Positions 27,693 through 34,705 of a stretch of 64,000 nucleotides of DNA are shown here, piece by piece (positions within the stretch are counted from its first letter, which is position 1; each line of letters opens with the position of its first letter). The DNA is from Planctomycetota bacterium. GTDB lineage: Bacteria > Planctomycetota > UBA8742 > UBA2392. The notes under the pieces were generated by a model, which saw nothing but the letters and a program-made list of their open reading frames with translations, did no database searches and was not told where the DNA came from. The stretch spans positions 75,850 to 139,849 of the forward strand of contig JAGQRH010000005.1 in the NCBI GenBank assembly GCA_020425605.1, written 5' to 3'. A program made the translations under genes and the position numbers.

Positions 27693-29114
27693 GTGACGGC
27701 TGAGCATCTCAAACCATTTGAACGTTTCCGGGGAAAACGCGGGCTGGTAATGGGCCTGGGCGTTTTCGGTGGTGGCATTGAGTCCGCGAAGTTCCTTTCC
27801 AGGTACTGCTCGCACGTTCTGGTCACTGACCTGCGCGATGAGAGCGTTCTGAAAGAGAGCATCGATGCGCTCGAAGGTCTGCGCATCGAGTACCGCCTTG
27901 GTGAGCATCGCAAGCAGGACTTTGAGCAGGCCGACGTGGTGATTCACTCCCCGGCCGTACGCCCCGACAACCCGCTGTTGCAGGCCGCGCGCCACCACGG
28001 CGCCGAAGTGACCATGGAGATGAGCCTCTTCATCGAGGCCTGCCCGGCAAAGACGGTCGGCATCACCGGCAGCAACGGCAAGACCACGACTGCGCTGCTG
28101 GCCTACGAGATGCTGTGCGAAGTCATGCAGCGCGCCCAGCCGGAGCTTGAGGGCAGGTGGGCCGAGCCGGCAGGGGAGCCGCCCCGCGGCAATGGCAAGG
28201 TCTGGCTCGGCGGCAACTGCGGCGAGCCGCTGCTGAACAAGCTGGAGGGTATGACGTCCGACGATGTGGTCGTGCTTGAGTTGTCCAGCTTCCAGCTTCA
28301 GGACTGGCACCGCATCAAGAAGTCCAGCGACATCAGTGTCATCACCAACATCACGCCCAACCACCTTGACTGGCACAAAGACATGGCCGAGTACATCTGG
28401 GCCAAGGCGGCAATTTATGTGTATTCAACCGGCTCGGTGATCTGCAACTCCGAGCGCGATGAGCTTGCTCAATTGCCGCGGCCCAATGGCGTGGAGTTCC
28501 GTGGCTACAGTACGCATGATGCAGTTGCTCCGCGAGAGACCCTACGACTGCCGGGACAATTCAACTGGTCGAATGCCTGCGCTGCCATGGTGGCTTGCAA
28601 GGCAATCTGCGATGCGGATCTAGTGAACGGACTGAAGCGCTTTCGTGGTGTTGAACACCGTCTGGAGTTCTGCGGAGAAGTGAACGGCGCGCGATGCTTC
28701 AATGACAGCATTGCCACCACGCCGGAGAGCACGATTGCGGGCTTGAGCGCGTTTGACTCCGGCGTCCATCTGCTGCTTGGCGGCAGTGACAAGGGTTTGA
28801 GCTACGACGCGCTGGCGAAGATCATTGCCGAACACTGTGGAATCAAGGGTGTGTACCTGCAGGGCGCCAATGCGGATGCTATCGAAGCGGCAATCCTGCG
28901 GACAGGAATGGCCGCGCCACTGACGCGTTTTGCCACTTTCGACGCCGCATGCGACGCCGCGTTTGCCGCGCTGGAACCCGGCGACGTGTTCCTCATGTCG
29001 CCGGCCTCGGCCAGCTTCTATGAATACGCGCCGCACAAGCGCTTCACAAACTTCGAACACCGTGGACGTTATTTCAAAACGTTAGTACAAGCACACGCTT
29101 CGAAAACTACGTGA
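27693..29114 (+). CDS. murD: UDP-N-acetylmuramoylalanine--D-glutamate ligase
   Basis: GTG start. GLGVFGGG, ITGSNGKTTT, LELSSFQL, Mur ligase C-domain. Confidence 0.9.
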   Translation: MTAEHLKPFERFRGKRGLVMGLGVFGGGIESAKFLSRYCSHVLVTDLRDESVLKESIDALEGLRIEYRLGEHRKQDFEQADVVIHSPAVRPDNPLLQAARHHGAEVTMEMSLFIEACPAKTVGITGSNGKTTTALLAYEMLCEVMQRAQPELEGRWAEPAGEPPRGNGKVWLGGNCGEPLLNKLEGMTSDDVVVLELSSFQLQDWHRIKKSSDISVITNITPNHLDWHKDMAEYIWAKAAIYVYSTGSVICNSERDELAQLPRPNGVEFRGYSTHDAVAPRETLRLPGQFNWSNACAAMVACKAICDADLVNGLKRFRGVEHRLEFCGEVNGARCFNDSIATTPESTIAGLSAFDSGVHLLLGGSDKGLSYDALAKIIAEHCGIKGVYLQGANADAIEAAILRTGMAAPLTRFATFDAACDAAFAALEPGDVFLMSPASASFYEYAPHKRFTNFEHRGRYFKTLVQAHASKTT

Positions 29115-29123
29115 ACTTGTCGC

Positions 29124-29591
29124 ATGACGACCAAGATCCTGGCACCACACTACCTGCGTCTCGAGTGCGAAATCCGCGCTGATATGGAGACGGTGTGGCG
29201 CGCCCTTACGGATCTGCATGAGCTTCGCGCATGGTGGGCCGTTCCCGTGATCAGCCACAAACAGGATGTTGGCGGCGGCTTCGAGCTGCGCTACGTCGGA
29301 CGTGATCGCGTGGACAGGTTCGTCTACACCACATGGGACAAGAACTGGCGAATCGGCGGCCGCTGGAGCTACAGCTGGCTGGATGGCGAAGTTGCCGAAA
29401 TGCTGATCCTGACCGAGATTGAAGGCGGCGTGCGCGTCACGATCGAACACACGAATTTCGAAAGTTTCGGCGCCGACCAGCAGCGCATCTTCGGCTACCA
29501 CAAGAGCGAGACACGCGCACGCCTTGAGCGCCTGAAGGCTTGGGCGGAAGTCCGACTTCCGGCTACGCAGGCCCAGATTCCAGTCGTCTGA
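29124..29591 (+). CDS. SRPBCC/AHSA1-like family protein
   Basis: LECEIRADMETVWRALTDLHELRAWW N-terminus typical of SRPBCC ligand-binding folds. Confidence 0.7.
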   Translation: MTTKILAPHYLRLECEIRADMETVWRALTDLHELRAWWAVPVISHKQDVGGGFELRYVGRDRVDRFVYTTWDKNWRIGGRWSYSWLDGEVAEMLILTEIEGGVRVTIEHTNFESFGADQQRIFGYHKSETRARLERLKAWAEVRLPATQAQIPVV

Positions 29592-30197
29592 TTACTTCGC
29601 TTCGTCCTTCTCGACGTCTTCGCCCAGTTCACGGGCGATCTCGCGGTCGAGCTCCTCGCGCGTCAGCTTCTTTCGCTCTTCGGTGTTCACGCCGATCATC
29701 TGGTCGATCTCGTCGTCCGTGACCAGTTGCTCGCCGGCGACGCTGTCTGTCTCAAACAGTGAGTCCTTGCTCATGTCCAGGAAGAGGTCCATGCGCTGGC
29801 TCATGGTGTCGGCCTGCATCATGGCGTGCTCGAAGTTCTTCTGCGTCGCCTCAAGATCGGTAGTCTTGTAGACCTCGTTGATGCTCTTGCTGACCACGCC
29901 CATGGATTCAGCGAAGACGCTGAAACTCTCGGCCTGGTTCTTCATCTGGAAGGCCGCCTCGATCGTCAGCAACTGGCGCTCAAGCATGCGGCGCTGGAAC
30001 GTGGTGGCCTTGAGCGACTTGCGCACGAACGCGAGCTGGTCAGCCGCGCCGATGCGTGCGGCCTCGCGGGCCTTGCCCAGCCATTCTTCTTCGCTCTTGC
30101 TGAGCTCTTTCATCTGGCGGCGGATGCGCTGGATGCCCTTCTTGATTTCCATATCGCGCGCGATGCGTCGCTCTTCTTTGGATTTGAATATGCCCAT
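29592..30197 (-). CDS. ESCRT-III/PspA-superfamily protein C (201 aa)
   Basis: MGIFKSK N-terminus. Basic helical hairpin region (EEWLGKAREAARIGAADQLAFVRKSLKATTFQRRMLERQL). Acidic C-terminal half ending in an amphipathic helix (REELDREIARELGED). Last gene of the operon. Confidence 0.6.
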   Translation of the reverse strand: MGIFKSKEERRIARDMEIKKGIQRIRRQMKELSKSEEEWLGKAREAARIGAADQLAFVRKSLKATTFQRRMLERQLLTIEAAFQMKNQAESFSVFAESMGVVSKSINEVYKTTDLEATQKNFEHAMMQADTMSQRMDLFLDMSKDSLFETDSVAGEQLVTDDEIDQMIGVNTEERKKLTREELDREIARELGEDVEKDEAK

Positions 30198-30259
30198 TCG
30201 TCAGCCTTTCTTGTCCTGCGAGCAGTCTAACTGTTTTTGCCTGCCCGGTCCGCAGGGTT

Positions 30260-31078
30260 TCATTCCACGACGTGGTAGTTGGCTTCGCCTTGTGCGAGGC
30301 GCTTCTTCGTGTGGCTGGTCATACGTTCGGACTTGCGGATCGCTGCCTCGATGAAGTCGCGGTGATCGCGTAGTCGGCCGCCCAGGTAGGCACGGGCGAA
30401 GCGGGCCCTGTCAGTCGCCGTCACCAGTGACGCGGGAGCCGAATGCAGCAGCGCGGCAACGTCTTTCACGCGCCAGCGCCGGGTTACGCGCTTGCGGATG
30501 TCAGCCCGGTTCAGGTCCGTCACGTACAGCTCGTCGTCGTGGCCCACGCGAATATGCACGAGGTAGAAATCGCGATGATTCACCCCGCCGTCATGCATGC
30601 GGCGCAGGATCCGACCCAGCTCAACGGTGAGCTGCCAGCGGCGCGCGGGCTGCGGGCACTCAGTGAATTCTTCCAGCAACAGCTTCTGCAGGCTTCTCGG
30701 TGCGCTTAGCCCGACGGTCAGCAGCGCCGCGCGTTTGACGACACCGCTCTCGACTTCCTCAATGCACGCGGCGGGGCGCATGGTCGGCACGCGCAGTTCG
30801 TGCAGTCGTTGAAGCACGTGCCATTCGCGTGAGGCGGGGGAATCGAAACCCCGGGCGAACAGGCCCGCAAAACGGGGCTCAGGCTCGATCTCGCGGTATA
30901 GCTTCAGGTAGAGGGTAGTCCCGGCGGCGGTGACCAACCGGTAGGTCTGTCGCGACTCGAGCCGGGCCTTGATGGTTTCAAGGTCGCCCCTGGCGGCCAG
31001 CGCATTGACATCCAGCAGGCCCTCGGACTCCAGCTCGGAACGCAGCGCGGGGTCAACCAGCAGGCGGGTCTCTCGCAT
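30260..31078 (-). CDS. protein-kinase-like enzyme, Kdo/WaaP (lipopolysaccharide kinase) family
   Basis: TLYLKLYRE (N-lobe Lys), catalytic loop GVNHRDFYLVHIRV, metal-binding LYVTDLNRA. Confidence 0.7.
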   Translation of the reverse strand: MRETRLLVDPALRSELESEGLLDVNALAARGDLETIKARLESRQTYRLVTAAGTTLYLKLYREIEPEPRFAGLFARGFDSPASREWHVLQRLHELRVPTMRPAACIEEVESGVVKRAALLTVGLSAPRSLQKLLLEEFTECPQPARRWQLTVELGRILRRMHDGGVNHRDFYLVHIRVGHDDELYVTDLNRADIRKRVTRRWRVKDVAALLHSAPASLVTATDRARFARAYLGGRLRDHRDFIEAAIRKSERMTSHTKKRLAQGEANYHVVE

Positions 31079-31084
31079 CAGCGG

Positions 31085-32323
31085 CTAGTCGTCCTCAACG
31101 CTCCAGTCGAGGTAGCGTTGCATCTCCTGCGGGCTGGTGCCCGGCCGGATGTAGGTCTTTGCGCGTTCAAAGTCCGCGAGTGTCAGCGGGCGTACTTTCA
31201 CCTGGTAGTTGCGCGTAGCGGCGAGTCCGGTGTCGATCAGGTCGGGCAGGTCCTCGTTCAACTGGCCGATCATCTGCGACGTCGCCTGCTTGCAGAGGCG
31301 CTCGATTTCTCGGCCGGAATAGCCGACCGTGTCGTCGATCAGTTCCTTGAGGTCAAACTCAAGCTGATAGCCCTTCTTCAGAAGCTGGATGCTGAGGATG
31401 GCTTCACGTGTCTCTTCATCGGGCAGCGGAATCAGGATCTGCTTCTCGAAGCGGGACATCACGGCTGCGTCAATTTCCCACGGCCGGTTGGTTGCGGCGA
31501 TGGTGAGCACGAAGATGTCGCTGCGGCCTTTCTCGGCCAGCCCGTCAAGCTCGGCCAAAATGGTCGAAAGAATGCGGCGCTCTGCCCCGGTCTGCTCGGA
31601 GTCGCGGTTGCTGGTCAGTGACTCGAATTCGTCGAGGAACACGACGCTGGGGCTGTTGTCGCGCGCGGCGCCATAGATCTCGCTGATGATCTTGCTGCTT
31701 TCGCCGAAATACTTGCTCAGCACGCCGCTGACTTTCACGTTGAAGAACAGCGCCTGGCCTTCGGTGGTGACCTTCAGGCTATTGCTGGTGGCCGCTGCAA
31801 GCAGGGTCTTGCCGGTGCCCGGCGGGCCGTAGAACAGCATGTTTCGGAAGGTCGTGATCTTCACGCCCTCGGGTGGCTTCGCGAGCGACAGGCCGAGCGT
31901 GTACTTGATGTCGCGCTTGGTTTCTTCAAGTCCACCGATATCGTCCCAGGTGATCGTGCTGGTGTGGACCAGCGCCGAGACGGCTTCGCTGATGTTGCTT
32001 TCGGGCTCGCCAGCGGTGGTTTCGTGGCTGCGATTCTCATCCACGTGGCTGCTGGGGGGAGACGGCAGCTTGGCCTTGCCGCTTTCCGGCTTCTCGATGC
32101 CGACTTCGCGCAGGCGCCGGGCGAAATCTCGGTACTCGATTGCCTTGCGCTTCCGGGCGTACTCCATGCTGCGCGACTGGGCGTGCTCGGCAAACTTGAA
32201 CATGGTCTTGCTGGCCGACTCGAAGTTCGCGGCGGCCGTCTCCGAATCGCCTGCCTTCCAGGCCATCTTGGCCTTGTGCAGGGCGTCGTCGCAGGCGCGT
32301 TTGAGTTTGGGTCCTAAGTCCAT
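31085..32323 (-). CDS. MIT-domain + single AAA+ ATPase, Vps4/CdvC-like
   Basis: N-terminal three-helix segment (LKRACDDALHKAKMAWKAGDSETAAANFESASKTMFKFAE...RKRKAIEYRDFARRLRE). Walker A GPPGTGKT, pore loop SKYFGES, Walker B VVFLDEFES, SRH ATNRPWEIDAAVMSRFEKQILIPLPDEETR. Confidence 0.8.
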   Translation of the reverse strand: MDLGPKLKRACDDALHKAKMAWKAGDSETAAANFESASKTMFKFAEHAQSRSMEYARKRKAIEYRDFARRLREVGIEKPESGKAKLPSPPSSHVDENRSHETTAGEPESNISEAVSALVHTSTITWDDIGGLEETKRDIKYTLGLSLAKPPEGVKITTFRNMLFYGPPGTGKTLLAAATSNSLKVTTEGQALFFNVKVSGVLSKYFGESSKIISEIYGAARDNSPSVVFLDEFESLTSNRDSEQTGAERRILSTILAELDGLAEKGRSDIFVLTIAATNRPWEIDAAVMSRFEKQILIPLPDEETREAILSIQLLKKGYQLEFDLKELIDDTVGYSGREIERLCKQATSQMIGQLNEDLPDLIDTGLAATRNYQVKVRPLTLADFERAKTYIRPGTSPQEMQRYLDWSVEDD

Positions 32324-32345
32324 CTTGTTCCGAAGCGTTGGTCGA

Positions 32346-32450
32346 CTAGTGCGTGTACGAGTAGCTAAAGAACATCACTGCGAGCGTCGCACAAAGTACG
32401 AACAGCAGGAACACCCATTCTTCAGTTCGGACTTTGCGACTCTTGAACAT
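32346..32450 (-). CDS. 34-aa transmembrane micro-ORF (not in ORF track)
   Basis: ATG 32450 to TAG 32346. MFKSRKVRTEEWVFLLFVLCATLAVMFFSYSYTH has one TM. It fills most of the 180-nt gap between operon genes. RBS is weak. Confidence 0.3.
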   Translation of the reverse strand: MFKSRKVRTEEWVFLLFVLCATLAVMFFSYSYTH

Positions 32451-32503
32451 CAGTAGCTCACAGGTTCCAAGTCCACTACGGAAGCATGCGCTCCCGAACG
32501 GCC

Positions 32504-33121
32504 CTAAATTGTTCCTTCTTCGGATTCAAGCTTGGCGCGCAACTCCGTTTCGGCCTTGAGTGCCTGGTCAAAGTCGCCGCCTTCTTCGGCTTCGTTGATG
32601 GTGTCGATCTCGGACAGGAAGCGCACCTTCTCAGGATCGCTGTCGTCCATGTCACCCTCGACCTCAAGCCCAAGGTCATCGAGCGTTGCATTCAGCTCGT
32701 CCATGTAGGCTTCCTCGTCGATCTGCTGCAGGGCCAGCTTGGCATCGAGCCCGCTGCTGCGGATACGCTGCAGGAGCTTGTTGACGCCGTCCTTGTCTTT
32801 GCGTTTCTCGAGACGCTCGAGACCGCGCACGTACTTCTTGAGCGCGATACCCTCAAGGTTGCTGACCTTGGCGGCCCGGCGCTGGAAGGCGAAGTCGTAC
32901 TTGATGTCCTTCAGCTCTTCCCAGACGTAGTCGACTTCGATGCTGTTGCCCTCGCGGCGCGCGCGCTTGATCTGTTCAATCAGCGACGCCTGGCGCGTGC
33001 TGAGCTTGCGCATCTCCATGAAATACTTGCGGCGCTCGCGCTCGACCTCGCGCAGCTTGACCTTCAGCTTCCGCAGGTCGACCTTGCTGCCGAACAGGCT
33101 GGCAAAGAATTCGGATACCAT
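32504..33121 (-). CDS. ESCRT-III/Snf7-like protein B (205 aa)
   Basis: Snf7/CHMP4-like N-terminus MVSEFFASLFGSK. Basic hairpin region. Acidic C-terminal half. Terminal ETELRAKLESEE resembles a MIM1 helix. Confidence 0.6.
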   Translation of the reverse strand: MVSEFFASLFGSKVDLRKLKVKLREVERERRKYFMEMRKLSTRQASLIEQIKRARREGNSIEVDYVWEELKDIKYDFAFQRRAAKVSNLEGIALKKYVRGLERLEKRKDKDGVNKLLQRIRSSGLDAKLALQQIDEEAYMDELNATLDDLGLEVEGDMDDSDPEKVRFLSEIDTINEAEEGGDFDQALKAETELRAKLESEEGTI

Positions 33122-33124
33122 CGG

Positions 33125-33796
33125 CTACTCCACCTGCGCTTCCGGCTCATTCCGGGAATTGTCTTCTTCGTCATCGCGCGCGCTTTCGCGGCGCATGATT
33201 TCTTCCTCGATCTCGCGCAGCTCGGCATCGGTCGTGCGCGCGGGCGGGGGCGCTTCGCCCATGATTTCCTTTTCCAGCTTGCGCAGCTCGTCCTTGTCCT
33301 TGTTCGTGAGCACGTCGTCGCGGCTCTGGATCACGCCTTCGCCGGTATTGACCGAATCGCGGAACTTCTCCATGCCTTCTTCGAAATCGAGCATCACGCG
33401 TTCCACCACGCTCTGTTCGATCCCGCGCAGGTCCATTGCTTCCATGGCCTGGATCTTGCCGACCAGGTTCATGTGCAGCTCGATGTTCTTGTTCAGGATG
33501 TCGGCCTTCAGCTTCAGGTTTCCCATCTGCGTGCGCGTGCGTTTGATCTGAAGCAGCACGAACTCTTTCTCGCGGTCGCCGACGCGGCCGGACTTGATGT
33601 TCTCCATGCTCGCGCGCTCAGACAGCTCCAGGCGCGCGAGTTCCTGGCGCGTCTTGCGCAGCTCGACTTCGTTCTGGGTGATCAGCTCGTCGAGGTGCTC
33701 TAGCATCTCCCGCGTGGAATGGGCGTCCTTGATCACCTGCTCGGCGTCGCCGGAAGTGCCTCGCAGCATCTGCTTGATTTGGTCCAGTAGGCTCAT
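33125..33796 (-). CDS. ESCRT-III/PspA-superfamily protein A (223 aa)
   Basis: ATG directly follows the upstream TGA (TGAATG). MSLLDQIKQML N-terminus, long heptad helices, acidic tail with DAELREIEEEIMRRE. Confidence 0.55.
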   Translation of the reverse strand: MSLLDQIKQMLRGTSGDAEQVIKDAHSTREMLEHLDELITQNEVELRKTRQELARLELSERASMENIKSGRVGDREKEFVLLQIKRTRTQMGNLKLKADILNKNIELHMNLVGKIQAMEAMDLRGIEQSVVERVMLDFEEGMEKFRDSVNTGEGVIQSRDDVLTNKDKDELRKLEKEIMGEAPPPARTTDAELREIEEEIMRRESARDDEEDNSRNEPEAQVE

Positions 33797-34573
33797 TCAG
33801 GCCCTTACACTTTCAAATCGGTCGCGCTGGATAATCAGGTCGCCGCCCACCGTCTTTACATCTATGCCCGGTGTACGCTCGGCGTACAGCATCGCGCGGT
33901 CTGTGACAAGGTCACGTCCCACGGCCGTGCGAGTGGCGAGGTCATCGATCAGGATAAATCCGCCCGGTTCCTTCAGCTCATCGGCTGCAGAAAGCGCGGC
34001 ATCGACACGTGCGACCTTCTGGTCGATGGGCTCCGGGTCGAAGAGATTCTCAAACAAGGCAGGCAGGATCGCGCCATCTCCCGGCGGAGTGACAGACCAG
34101 CCCGGATCGGCATACTCAATCAGCGCCGCGCGCCAGTTCGGGCCGCCGCTAAGGGCTCGCATCAACTCGTCGCTGTGGCCGACTTCAATACTGTCGCGGA
34201 CGCCGGCTATGCCCATGATGAAGTAGATGTCCGGCCGAAGTGGCGCGAGTGACCAGCGGACAGTTTCGTGGATTGTCTCGGGTGTAAAGCGGCGTTTTGT
34301 GAACGAAAAGTCCAGCACGACGCATACCTTGACGGTGGCCAGGCCCAGCATCGGCTTATGCAGCAGGCCGACGCTCTCTCGGCGGGTAAAGTTGCCCGTG
34401 CCTGAAGGAGAAAGGTCACCTGAGCGGTAACTGCGGCGGCTGACTCGATTTGGGTCAAAATCGTAGAGGGAACCTTCGGCCGGATGAGGCAACATGCGCT
34501 GGCGCACAATGCGCGATTCGAGCCCGGAAAAGAGGCTCTGCATGGCAGACAGCGAATTGCTTCGATCGGTCAT
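33797..34573 (-). CDS. hypothetical protein, first gene of the ESCRT-like operon (possible degenerate vWA-like alpha/beta fold)
   Basis: ORF 33797..35200 trimmed to ATG 34573 because the upstream part overlaps the divergent ABC gene. VCVVLDFSFTKR is reminiscent of a DxSxS/T MIDAS strand. Confidence 0.5.
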   Translation of the reverse strand: MTDRSNSLSAMQSLFSGLESRIVRQRMLPHPAEGSLYDFDPNRVSRRSYRSGDLSPSGTGNFTRRESVGLLHKPMLGLATVKVCVVLDFSFTKRRFTPETIHETVRWSLAPLRPDIYFIMGIAGVRDSIEVGHSDELMRALSGGPNWRAALIEYADPGWSVTPPGDGAILPALFENLFDPEPIDQKVARVDAALSAADELKEPGGFILIDDLATRTAVGRDLVTDRAMLYAERTPGIDVKTVGGDLIIQRDRFESVRA

Positions 34574-34603
34574 AAGTCCCTGTCGATGGCCGACTTCGCA
34601 TTG

Positions 34604-34609
34604 AGTATA
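34604..34609 (-). promoter_or_regulatory. candidate -10 box (TATACT) for the ESCRT-like operon
   Basis: The only AT-rich patch in the 132-nt divergent intergenic region. About 30 nt upstream of ATG 34573. The -35 is weak. Confidence 0.25.
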
Positions 34610-34705
34610 GCTAATTTTGTCGTCGTTACAGGGGCGGCGAGTTGCGGTCGGCCCGGCACGGCCCACAATGGGGCGCAGCCCGGGAGGCGACTTGGAAGGT
34701 AGCAG

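Noticed and set aside
27435-28376. 313-aa minus-strand ORF
   Set aside because: Antisense shadow of the PEGA and murD genes.
30177-30197. MG- start of ESCRT-III-like C as an N-myristoylation signal (as in Vps20/CHMP6)
   Set aside because: Bacteria lack N-myristoyltransferase. The MGIF start is also typical of PspA amphipathic helices, so no lipidation is inferred.
32486-33703. 405-aa plus-strand ORF opposite the ESCRT-III-like genes A and B
   Set aside because: Leu/Ala/Asp/Val low-complexity shadow. The minus-strand genes show heptad amphipathicity, charge asymmetry and translational coupling, which the plus-strand reading lacks.
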